Assembly: GCA_043228905.1 (NCBI GenBank)
Contig: JBHGNT010000002.1
Location: 26,474,001 to 26,538,000 of the forward strand
Direction: 5' to 3'
From: Azolla caroliniana
Lineage: Eukaryota > Plantae > Polypodiophyta
Length of the DNA: 64,000 nucleotides
Below are positions 12,301-24,743 of this stretch, one piece after another. Below the pieces are notes generated by a model. The model had not been told where the DNA came from, made no database searches, and was given only the letters and a program-made list of their open reading frames with translations. Each line of letters begins with the position of its first letter. The first letter of the stretch is position 1. The translations under genes were made by a program, and so were the position numbers.

Positions 12301-15300
12301 CAAGCATTGGGCATGTTCGAATCCATAATGGACTTCTGGTTACAAACTCTAGATTTTCATTAATCTTCAGAGTGTTGATGTTTTGCATTCACACCTTGTT
12401 TGTTGATGATAGATACCAATCGTGGGCCAATCAATGCACATGTGAACCCTATTCTTAAGAGCTTCATATCCAGTATTTGCTTTACAATGCTCCACTATTT
12501 CAATTGGAAAGTACAACTTTCGGATCATATTAGTTAGTGTTAAAGGTAGCACCACACAAGCTTTTGTGTAAAGAGTTAGTAACCCAATGGTTGGGGCATT
12601 TATGTGTATAGTTGTGTGGGATAATTGTCCATTTCTTTAGTGCTCTCCCATGCAAAGTTCTTGGGTTTTTTCTTGGTTATATAAGTCCTCCAATGATTTT
12701 TAACTCTAATAGATAGGAGACTCTAGTTTCATTTATTCTTTATAGCAAAAAAAACTCCATTTATTTTGAATACAACGGAGATTGGAAGGCATATTTGATT
12801 TGGTTTGGACTTGAGCACATCTGATTAATTTCATGTATGTGTGTGAGAGAAAGCCCATATGGTTGTAGCTTAGTTGGTAAGGTTGTCTAGGAGCGACCAA
12901 AAAGTCAATGTGGCATCTAGTGAATTAAGGAAAAAGCAAAATAGGCATGATAGTCAAGCCTTGATCTCAAAGTTGGTAATCTAGTGGCTTACCATTAGTA
13001 ATTACCTCACTCTATTCTTGTCTAATTTCATTTTCATAAAATTCTAAGTTCTTGTTTTCTCTTATTCCTTGAAAAAACTCTTTATCTTGGTGTGATATGA
13101 CATATTCAAGGATAAAGGACATAAATTAATCAGACATTTTATTTTGGTGGTCAAACAAGTGGGAGATGTAGTTGATGCTTGATCTTATCAAATTTTGGAC
13201 TTTGCTTATTTTTTCCTACCAAATTATGGCTTTGTTTAGCTACAATCACAAAGAAAAACATTGATGCAAGTTTCTTTACCTATACAAACTAAAGAGAACC
13301 CATACGCTCATAAGGATTTATGGAGTTAGACTAAGTTTTTAGAAATGACCACCAATCTCTTGTAATATTTCTCAATGGAGTCTCTTCAATAACCTTATCA
13401 TTGAAGGTTGAACAAGAAAGGAAGGTACATAACTATAGTCTATGACGATGGATGGCAAAAAATCGTGAAACATACTTGGCATTCTAAATTGCCACTTCTA
13501 GCAAATATTTCCATTTGGGAAGTATTGATTGGGAGTTAGCTTCTTCTAAATTAGCTCTAACGAGAAGTAATATCTTGTTGGTTGGATATGTGAACTAGCA
13601 TTTTATCTTCTATCATGGCCAACATTGAGGGTTAACATCTGCAATGTAATATTTCAATTTTGACATTTTAGCATATTTCCACCTCATCCTTAGTGTCTCC
13701 TGTAATCAATCCTTAACTATCACAAATTCCATAACATCACTTTAGAGCTCCAATAGATCTTCTATTTATCATATTTTTAACCATTTCAAAATGTCAGGCA
13801 CCTAGCCAAATGAAAGAATTGTGCTCTTATTAGTTTTTTGTGCCTTGAATCCTACCTTCCAAACCTTGTTTTGAGAGTTTTTTATTGGGCATATGCTTGA
13901 TTTTTTTGATATATGTGTGTACTCTTGGCACACCTAGCACCTCTAAGGGGTTGCACATATGTTTCTAGTAGCATTATAGGACATGATGTTGACGATTTAA
14001 CTCCCAATTATCTACTGAACATATACTTGTGAATCTCATGTATTTTAATTCCATGCACTAAGTGAGATAGTTTCAGCCCACACTTCCAACTTCCACCCTA
14101 TAAAGTAACGCTTGGACCACTTAGCATTGATTAACACCAATCTCACTTTCCATCCACGAGTATCACTTTGCTTGCATTGATTCTCAAACATATAATAATT
14201 ATTCTAACTTTCTTGTACTCTAGACTCATAACATACATATTTGCCGATGGGTCATTAATACCAAGATATTGGAAACTTTGAACCACTTGTATTTGTTATA
14301 CCTTGTATGTAAAAGTGGAGTGGTCTTTGTTGGATTGCCGTTATTAGTAATTACCAAGATTTTGTTTTGTAAAAGAGAGAAAGATGTCCGCGAGAGACTA
14401 TTTGTGATATTAGATGGGGCCTATTCCATTGCGAGGATTGAACTTTGGTTCTCTCATTTTTATAGCTTTGATGTTACAATGAAAACCACCAACCTAATTG
14501 CCAAAGAGAAATGTAAACTATTTAAAGTGTTGGATGAAAAGAAAATGCTAAACCCTAAAATGGAAAACTAAGCAAGTTCGTAAATGTTGGTGTTGGCAAC
14601 GTGGTTAAGACCACAAAATTCATGGAAGTAACTGCTTTCAAATTTGCCACTATCTATCTACTACGAGAATAATGTAATTGAAGTGCTTCAAAGTTTCAAA
14701 AGATTTTGAAAATTCTGGTTAGAATATATTAAAATTAACATGGTTGAGTCATGGTAGTAACTACTCTCAAATTTGGTACAATGAAGACGGCAAAATTGAA
14801 GCACTTCATTATTTCAAACACATAGTTAGAGTCTTGTCTTACACATTTTGCATAACTTCGAATATATCAGAAGTATGACATGTTTACATAAATCGAAAGC
14901 AATACATTGAAATATAGATAGCAAAAAGAATATGTCCATGGGAGCCCAAAATGATATAATAAACAAGGTTGGACCTGTGATGAGAATCAAACATGCCTGC
15001 CGCCAATCTTTACGACTATCTTAAACACTCAAAAGTAGCTACTACAATGGATGAAATACTTTTCTAGTGTAAACTCTATGAATTGACTCAATCCCTTTGT
15101 CCACACAAATCCCTTATGCGTCACGTCAGACTCTTTTTTTAGCAACACCTTGCTCCTTGCCAATGGTAAACAAAATCTTGATAATTTGAGGAGTTGCAAA
15201 AATGGATTAGGGAATGTGATTCCAACTTCATGTTCTCGAGTTTTAGAGAATGATCCAAATTCAGACAATCTTTCTAGATTCACTCCGCTTTATGACCTTG

Positions 15301-15359
15301 CTTCCTATTGTGATTGCCATTGTAGCACGTATGTAACCTAACCCACAAGGGAAATGTGA

Positions 15360-15960
15360 AGTTTTGTTTTATAAAAGATTTTCTTCAATAGTATTAAGAA
15401 CAAAACCCGAAGGCTACAACTTGAACCTAGCTACCAAGGAGGTTACAACTTTTCCTATACAATGTTGTAAAATACAAGGATGTTTACATTTGTTGATATT
15501 CAAGAAAGAGTCCATGGAAAGTCGATATTGCCATTGAGGCTCTTGAGTTGACATTGTAAACAAGGGCACCTTTTTCCATAAGTGAAGAAGCTTTTTCCTT
15601 TTCTGGTTCACAGTATCTGGGGAACCCCGCATATTGTCATACTGGCCACAGACTACTGCAAGCAAGTTCTCCCATATCTCAAACAACACATCTGAGAGAT
15701 GAATGTCTACCCCATCATAAAGTCGGTTACATCGATATTTCCATAATGCCCATAATGTTATTGTGGTCACAGTTTTCCAAATTTGGACAGATCGCACCTA
15801 CTTGCGAGGTTGTTGGAAGGGACTAACTAATATCAATCTTCTATTATGTATTGTCATTGCCTCATGAACATCGTTTGCCTCATACAACATCAAGCCAGAA
15901 TGTTATAGGAAATGTGAACTTGACGTCATCCTAGATGTAAAACCCCATTGGCATCCATTA
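15360..15960 (-). mobile_element. 3' fragment of a LINE (non-LTR retrotransposon) ORF2
   Basis: ORF 15414-15797 reads IWKTVTTITLWALWKYRCNRLYDG, the typical plant L1 post-zf-RVT 'W.IW..RN...F' region. It parallels the segment at 37440-37510 and has an A-rich 3' end. Confidence 0.7.
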
Positions 15961-17212
15961 CTTGCACAAAATATAGCTTTGCATTCCTTAGGTCAAGTAG
16001 TTTGCATTAATAGAGACATTCGCTATGAGTTTGAGCAAAGGAAATGTTTGAATGCATAATCTTAATTTGGTTGTGACAATGTACATAAAGGTAGTAAACA
16101 ATGGTCATAAGTTATAACATACATAAGGCAATGTATTGAACTATCCATTTTGATCAATGCAGGATGAGGTGTAAGATAGAGAGTTCTTGAAATTTTCATA
16201 GACAATTGATTAATGTCCAATTATTTCTACTAAAGGGCATTACATGTATGCATGAGCATTTGCCAAATTGTTTCGATCAAAGTGGGCATCATATATATAG
16301 AAAAAGGAACTTCCCAATCAACTCAAACAATTGGTATATGGTAATCATGCCCAATATAAGAATTAGGAGGTATATGAAATTGGATACTTACTCCATAGTA
16401 ACACACTATCCTAAAGGTCGCAAGTCATAATAAAAGCTCAGAACTCTATGTCACCCTCAAAAGAGTGACATCATGGTAATAACAACATGTAGGTGACAAT
16501 CAATTTTTCAAACTAGGCTTTTCAAAACAATAGATAGTTTTATACTACAAAAAGGGCATGTTAGACGATTGGTCCACATATGCATTAGACATTTGTTATC
16601 AAAATATTAATAATCGATCACAATATCATCAATTTGTAATGAGATGTGTAAAGTGCGAACATCGTGTAGGTGTTTATGTAGCTGGATAAAAACCACATCA
16701 AACAAATGTTATTGAATACTAAAAGTTGCCTAAGTGACGATTTTTATTTTTTTTAAACGAGCACATTGTCGATAGTTACAATAGCCAGAAAATCTTGCAT
16801 CAGGCAACTTGAATTGGTTTATTTTGCAATTCAGGGGATCTACAAGAGTCGAACACCACCATGGGCACAACAACATCATCGTACAAGATTGAGGTGGAGG
16901 GTAGAACGATGTATTGAATGACCACAACAGCGCTAGCAAGAGTATGAGATGGGGGGGGGGGGGGGGGGGAGACGAACAAAGATTGAAAAACACAAGTAGC
17001 GGACGAAGAAAACCCCGCTTTGGGAAATTCGAAGGTTTTAACATTAAGCAACAACAATATGTATTTTGAAACCAAGGCTAGTAGTGGGGGAGCTACAAGG
17101 ACAGTGGACGGCATTATGGGGTTGGGTGAGTGAAGGAGGAGGAGGTAGGTGAAGGGGGGGGGGGGGGGGGGGGAAGGGTAGCATCATGCATGTGAGGAGG
17201 AAGTAAAAGGGT

Positions 17213-17492
17213 CACGTGATAGACAGGAGAGGGGAGCCCTACCACACTCTCAGCTGAGTGGGACCCCCCCCCTTTTCTTCTTTCTCCATACGCCCAATTT
17301 GATTGTGTGTGTGTGGTGACCAAACGAACAACGACCAACGCCAATAGCGACACAAATATGTATGTATGTATAACAAAGCGATTGGGGGGGATGCAAATGC
17401 ACGTGGGTTTCCCAACTCCTCATAACAAACTTTTGTTTCCACAAGAGAGAAGGAGAGAGAGAGAGGGGGGGGGATGATGTGTGTCACGTGAC
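17213..17492. promoter_or_regulatory. Cluster of three G-boxes (CACGTG) upstream of the bHLH gene
   Basis: CACGTG at 17213, 17400 and 17485. The last lies within the perfect palindrome GTCACGTGAC and is followed by a pyrimidine-rich leader. Confidence 0.55.
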
Positions 17493-18455
17493 TCCTGCGG
17501 CTTTTTGTTTTGTCGCCTTCCTCCTCCTCTTTTTTTAACAGCTGTCGACATCACGCGCCCTCACGTGCCTCCTCCCCACCCCCCCCCCCCCCATTCTTCT
17601 TCATTGCTTCCTTCTTCTTCTTCTTCTTCTTCTCCTCCTCCTTCATGGCCCTCTTCGATCGCTGTTCTTCCCCCCCTTTCTTCTTCTGATTCTCCCTGCA
17701 ATCGTTTCTTCCTGCTTCCGCTTCTCCTGATTCTCCCTGCAATCGCTTCTTCCTACTTCTTCTTTGACCTTCATTCTTTGTCGTTCTTCTTCTTCTCTCT
17801 TCATCCTTTGTTGTTCCTTCTCAAACTCTTGATTCTCCTCCGCGTTACCTTTCCTTCTCCGTTTCCCGATTCTTCTTCTCATTCTTTCTTTCGTTCTTTC
17901 CTCTCCGTTCTCTTTACAACATCACAAGGTCATCGCTCCGTCAGGATCTCTGCAACAGATGATTCAACTAATCCAACACCTGTAAAATTAGCTTCCATGG
18001 ATTCCGATCGACCTAAACATACCTCTAATCCGACAGATTGTCTGTCAGGAATATTTGAGATTACCACCAAGCATTGAACACTGCATAGACAATGCTGCAG
18101 ATCAGTACAAGTAAGTAATACAATTCTCTCCTGCGATCATGCTTCTTGAACTTTATTCGAATTCTTTATGTTCTAATCCGCTCTGGTAATCTTGCTTCTT
18201 TAACTTTTCGTCGAATTGTTTATGTTCTGATAGATTTTCCATAACTAGAAAGCAACAGAATGTTAATCATTTCTTCTCAATGTTTTGTCAGAGAAATCAA
18301 GTATAAGGATAATTTCTTTAAATTTCATGATTCCGTGGTCTATCGTGATTGTTTATTATTTTAGCAGGATCATTGGAATGGTGGTGATAAGGCATGTTAA
18401 TGCTAAATTCTGACTATTTATTAGTACGGTTTCGTAGAACCTGCACACCAACATA

Positions 18456-21400
18456 ATGTCTCAGTTAGAGATCACAAGTAATCCTCACAAATTCGCGCAG
18501 AATATCATCAACAGCAATTCGCTTCAAAATGATTCTTCTTTAGTTTTGGATAATTTGGTCGAGGTCAATCAAGACTCACCTTCTACTGCAGAATTAGCAG
18601 ATCATGATTCAGGTTCGTATTTAAATTTCTTTCCTTTGATCATATTCCAGTTCTTTTGCATTCTTTGCTTTTAACGTGTAATTCACATTTTCAGGATTAT
18701 TCCCTTCTTTGCCATCTGTCTCTCGATCTGTCTTTGCTTTACGATTTCTTTTTCTCTTTGCTTTTTCCTAATCGTTCGTTTCTTTTTTCTTTATCTTTCC
18801 TTTGATTTTTCTTTTCTTGCTTTCTCTGTTATATCTCTCTTTCTTTGCGTTATCTTTTTTCCCATTTCGGCCTTCCTTTTTTGAAACTAGTTTAATCAAG
18901 GCAGGTGATAACGTTATTTTGGCAGGAAAAGAAGCAACGATCCATGATTTCTTGTCTCTCTCTGGAACTGCAGGGAGCGCCTCGTCGGCTATACTTACTG
19001 TAGCGAAAAATGGTATGCTTAATTTGTTTTTACTACATGCGAGTATCTGGACATTCCATTAACAATTTGCCACTATTAAGTCATTAAATTCATTTTGATT
19101 TTTCAATTTCATATTCATTCTGTGGTGCGTAAACATGCCAATGTGAAGAATTTCCCAAGTTAATATTGACAATCATACACTTAATGATTCTGTTGTCATT
19201 TTGGAGGTTGTCTTGGGTAAGTTGGTAAAAGTTTCATATTTTGGGAATATCTAGTTGGAGGCTGCAACGAGCCCTATGAAAACTCTGCCCAAACGTATCA
19301 TGTAGCATACTATTAGACAGACATTGATGTATAGTCCAAGTATGGCATAAATTTATGCATCTTTTCCACTCAAGTAGTGGAGCTTTTCCTGATTTTATCA
19401 AACACAACCTCAGATTCTACCACCAATCCTCTGTTAAGCATTTCGTAAGTTGCCATTGACATCCATGCAATTTGATCTTGATCTTCTTCAAAGTTCCAAT
19501 TTAAAGCTGCATATCTTGAGATTGTCTTATAACACATTTCAATTTTGATCTGCTCAGAAGTACCAGTACTAAGCATTTCCTACAGCATAAATAAATCTCA
19601 ATTTTGATGTTATACCAATTGATCTGTGATGCTCAGCAGTAGCGCTAGTAAGCACGTTTGAAGTAATTTATTCATACATCCAAGCTTGACTTACAAATTG
19701 ATTGACCTGTGATGCTTAAAAAGTGCCAATGTCGAGCATTTCCTAAGTTATGTATAGAAGGAAAATGAAGTAATTGTATGCATGTTAATGTTTGTGAGTG
19801 AGTTTTTCAGGATCTCAGAGTTCTAGTGTTACAACACAAGATTTGCTTCAGCCATTGCAGAAGCACTTAAATCCCATAGCTAGCAACAGCCTCAATCTGT
19901 TACCTAATGGATTTGTACTCGGTGCTGGGAACACTCAGAACAGTACCTTAGAGTATAGTTGTAGCCAGCAGCAAATACCATATGCTCTTGTTAATGGAAC
20001 CTTGGAGATTGCGTCAAACCATCAGTCAAAATACAAGACTCCAAATGTGAATTTTCTTTCAAAATCGCATGTTACACATGGAATGCCTCTTAACAAGTAA
20101 GAATTGGTATCCATTTCTTTTCATTGCATGAATACACTGCTGTCATTTACCATTAAAATATTGCAAAATTTGAAGGCACTGGCAAAAAGGGAGTTTAGAT
20201 ATATCTGATAGCAATAAGAGAATAAAGGCACTCTCAGAAGATGATGACGACGACGATGATGAATCAATGGATCAATATGGTTGCAACCCAAAGAAAGAGG
20301 ATCACATTCGAAAATGTAGGTTAAGTTAGTCACTATTTCTATAAACAAAGCTTTTCAACCACATTATTCAACACATTTGTCTTTACTTCATAATAACATT
20401 TCAACACATAATTGCAACCCAAGGAAAGAGGAGCACATTCAAAAGTGTAGGTTAAGTTCATCACTTATTTTCTAAACAAAGCATTTGAACCACATTATTA
20501 AATGCAGTTGTCCTTGCTTCATAATAGCATTTCAACACATATAGCAAATTTTTGAATCCGACATTAATTGCTTCATAGTAATGCTGTAGAAACACATAAT
20601 CAAGGTAAGAGGATGTAGCGAGCCATAACTATTTCTAGTGTTTCCAGCTGATTCAGTACAACAGGAAGGGCGGCGGAATATGGATGGCAATGGAAAGGGA
20701 ATGACCCCAAGGTCCAAACATTCTGCCACAGAACAACGAAGACGAAGTAAAATCAATGACAGGTACCACAGAAAATGCATGAGGAGATTATGTGGCCTAT
20801 AGGGTGAATAATATTCTATCAGGCCATGTGCACTATTTTGTGTTGTTTCAGCACTCTTTTCCCAATAAATCTGCCATAAGCTTGCAGGTTTCAGATGCTA
20901 CGACAAATGTTGCCAAATGCCAACCAGAAAAGGGATAAAGCTTCATTCTTACTAGAGGTAATTAGAACTTAGTTATTTCAAAACTTTCATTTATTGTGTG
21001 TAGTAACGAGCAAGGAAAACATACAGAGCACTTTATCGCATTCGGCTATTTTGCAAGGATTTTGAATTTTTTCGGTTATTTCCATGAGAAAGAAATTTCC
21101 CAAGTTACAATAATTAAGAGTTACTAGTAATGCCCGTCAAAAATAAAGTAAATTTTATGACATTGTGAAAGATTGCCCCAATTTTCTATATCGTTAGGGT
21201 ATCAATAAATTCGTCCAAGCATTATTATAAACAGTAACTTCTTGAAGTTCCTTATTTCGATACCCTGGTACTAAGTGTGTTTCGTGGTGTAGAACCTAGA
21301 CCTTTTGTAAGATTTTTTGAATTGGTATAAGTGGTAGATAGTTTCGTATATTGCTATGGTCTTGCTTGGGGAGACTGTGGTGGTCTTAGTTGGCTGTATT

Positions 21401-23028
21401 GTATTGGTTAGTCTCGTACTCTATGTCTTCCTTGTCTAGGTTGTGGTTTTTAGTCTCATATTTTCCTATGGTCTTGCTTGGCTAGGTTATTCAATACATA
21501 CAAATGCTGCATGAAAAGGTCAAAAGATATGAGACTGGAGAACATGGGATATTGCAGCAAGAAAGGACAAAACTCATCTCATGGGATGTGGGTGACCAAA
21601 TTATCATTTGAATGGAAGTTATAAGTGTGTTTGTGCATATGTTAATTTTTAAACAATGTTGGCTATCGTGGGAACTTATCGCAGAAGAATTCTGGGCATC
21701 GAGAGACAACTCCTAACAGTTCATATGTTCCATTGGTCTCCACCTTAAACTATAACACAAGGGAAATTTCAGATTCAAATGGATGTATGGAAAAAAGTCC
21801 ACTGAGAACAAATGAGAATACAGTTGCAGCCTCTGAATTGTTAGTCTCTAAACCTGCATCATTAACTTTCCCTCAACATCAATCGATAATATCTACATCA
21901 GAGCAAGCTAATTCTATTCCTATGTTTCGTGCTGCTAATAATAATAATATGTTTGGTCATGGCATTTACAATGATGAAGTCAAGGCCAAGAGCTCTCTGC
22001 TTAGCTTACAACAGTCAAATAACCATTTGGCATCTCAAACTTCAAGTTATGTTTTGGATCATGAACACGAGAAATTCAGAAGTTCGGAGAATAATCTAGC
22101 TGTTACAAATCATCAGAGATCAGATAACGAACTGGAGGATAGTAAAAGATCCAACTGTCAACTTAAAGAATTATACCGTCCTGATGCAATAAAGCATTCT
22201 GGGAATAATGATGACAGTTCAGTACACGTTTCTGATGGGGCCAAAGAAGAAAGAAGAGCACGGTGTCAATATGATAGGCCGAAAGATGCGCGAATGGCTG
22301 AAAATAACCAAGATCCTCCAGCAATTCTTGGTGGTGTCATTAACATATCTAGTGCTTATTCACAAGGGTGAGTGACTCATGCAATGTTATTTTTTTCATA
22401 AGTTGTACTTTTTGGGGAACGCCCAACCTCAGATTTTGTTTAGCCCCCCCCAACCCCTGAAGAAAAAGAAAACCCAGAGAGAGAGAGACTCTAGGGTAAC
22501 TGGGAATTCTTCCGTGTTTATGATTTTAGAATTTTTCTAAGGTTTTATGTGTTGTTTTAACTTCGTTTTTTTCTTCTGATGATGCCACAGACGGTAGGGT
22601 AATTGGGAATTCTTCCGTGTTTAGGATTTTAGAAATTTTCTAAGGTTTTGTGTGTTGGTTTAACTTCGTTTTTTTCTTCTAATGGGCATCATCTCAGCAG
22701 GTTGCTTGACACATTAACAAGGGCATTACAGAGTTCTGGAATAGATTTGGGCCAAGCAACAATATCAGTGAAGATAGATTTGGGTAAACCTAGTGATACA
22801 GTCGGGACAAACTCAAATATGGTATGGGTACATAGATATTAACTATACGTCAATTTTTTAAGTTTTATTCACCGTTCAAATACAGTCCTCTTTATTAATT
22901 GATACATTGTTTTTCGTTAACAGTCAGCATTGCACATGGAAATGCCATCTTCACAAAGTAAAGAAACTAGTGTTTCAAAAGAACCACAAGAACCAAGGAA
23001 AAGGCCCAAGTTTGAGATTGATACATAA
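18456..23028 (+). CDS. BIM: BIM-type (BES1-interacting Myc-like) bHLH transcription factor; firmer exons 20648-20762, 20888-20957, 21486-21587, 21685-22367, 22701-22821, 22924-23028; 5' exons approximate
   Basis: Spliced bHLH reads [55 protein letters not shown]. N-terminal HDFLSL motif and C-terminal [37 protein letters not shown] are characteristic of BIM proteins. Confidence 0.9.
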
Positions 23029-24743
23029 ACGGCTCCCATACCGACAGATGAATCTTGCGACCTACTGGTATTTTAACGGTAGCTTTGAGGCAGGTTCTTT
23101 CCTTTCAAAGAAATATTTGGCGGGTCTCCTAATGAAGCAATCAGAACAAGATACATTATATGTGCACGAGTTGGATACTTTCGTGAATCAGTCAAAACGA
23201 GATATATTTTGTATGTGTACGAGTTGGATACTTTTGTGAAGCAGTCAGAACAAGATACATTTTATATGTGTACGAGTTGGATACTTTTGTGAAGTAGTCT
23301 TTATGAAGAGAAGACTTTCAACGAGGAGGCAATTCCATTGTATGGTATTTCAGCAAACAGCATAAAACTAAGCATCTCTTACTGATCTTTATAAAGCCAT
23401 GGAAACCATGATATTCCCTAAGGAGTTTATAAGGAGAGGCCAAGTCAACAAAGAAGGGTATGTCATAGACAAAAGGATGAAAAAATAATCTGGTCGTATG
23501 CAAAAGTAGTTTGTAACGAAAGGAAAATGTTATTCTATGTATGTGCATTCAAAATTGGTCACAGGGGTGTATATCCATATATAATATGTATGATTGAAAC
23601 TTGTCTCAGCAGCTTTATGTAAAAGATCAGAATAGAATTTTCTTGCTGAAACTTGTCAAACCAAAATTGAGTTGGTTTATGTATCAGAAGAATAGGGTTT
23701 CTCCCACTAAAAGTTTGTTGAACCCAAACTACAAGGCTCATGCATTTTCTTTTTGTTTCCAAAATGAAATTCAACCGCAACTCTATGTGAGGATTGTTCA
23801 TTAAATCTGAATTTGCACTATCCAAACAACTGCAATGGTGTGTGCAATATTACAGCATGTTTCTTGTTTCTATCATAAACTGCAACCTCCATTGTGGCAT
23901 GTGTCCTTTCATAACTTCACCCTTGCGACCATACCTGTATCTATATAACATCAGCATTATTTATGGTTGAGACTAGGATGGTATATGATCGACACTATGC
24001 AAACAAGTGCAATGTTTCTATCATAAACCACAACCTCCACTGCAGCCAGTGTTCCTTTCATCACTTCACCCTCGTGACCATACTCCCCTTTATATATATA
24101 AACGTCCACCAATCCCTAGTCAGCATTACTTATGGTTGAGACTAGGATGGTATATAATCGTATTCAAGTCCCCAATATCCATGGCAAATCCTTTCTTTCA
24201 CAGTAGTTGTCTCTAGCTCAAAAAATCCTTTCTAGCACACCATTTGTTCAAGGTTGGTGCTAAGATCAGACAAATAGAGAGGTTTGTAGCTCTGCCTCAA
24301 AAAAGGTCGAAGGTTCTTCAATATCTTTGGAAATATTGACTAGGTTCTTAATTTCAATACCTAGGTTCTCAATATTTCAAAGCTAGGTTCTTAATTTCAT
24401 GAAACAGATAACTATGCCTATCGTACACACATTTAACTCCCTTGCACTGCACACTCTTACCCACATCTATTGCTTTAAGAAACATTGTCAATCCATAACT
24501 ATTTGTGTGCATAATTTTATATTTACAAATGTGAAAATTATTGCTAGGAACTACATTACAAAAAGACATCTACATTGAAAAAAATGATTCTTACACGAAA
24601 TGAAGAGATTCTAAATGTTCAAGAAATAAAATTTTCTAATGAAAATTTAAGAATCTGGCTCACATATGTGTAATGAATTATTCAACAGATAAAAAGACCA
24701 ACAGGATCCTCAGAATAATCTGAAACAAAATCATCAATGAAAG

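Noticed and set aside
9500-14600. Possible decayed retroelement or transposase fragments
   Set aside because: There are hints of integrase-like peptides on the minus strand, but they are too degenerate to delimit or classify by eye. Needs tBLASTn or RepeatMasker.
17481-18077. 198-aa Ser/Pro/Phe-rich ORF
   Set aside because: GTG-started translation of a pyrimidine-rich leader. Only the short ATG-initiated tail is kept, as a possible uORF.
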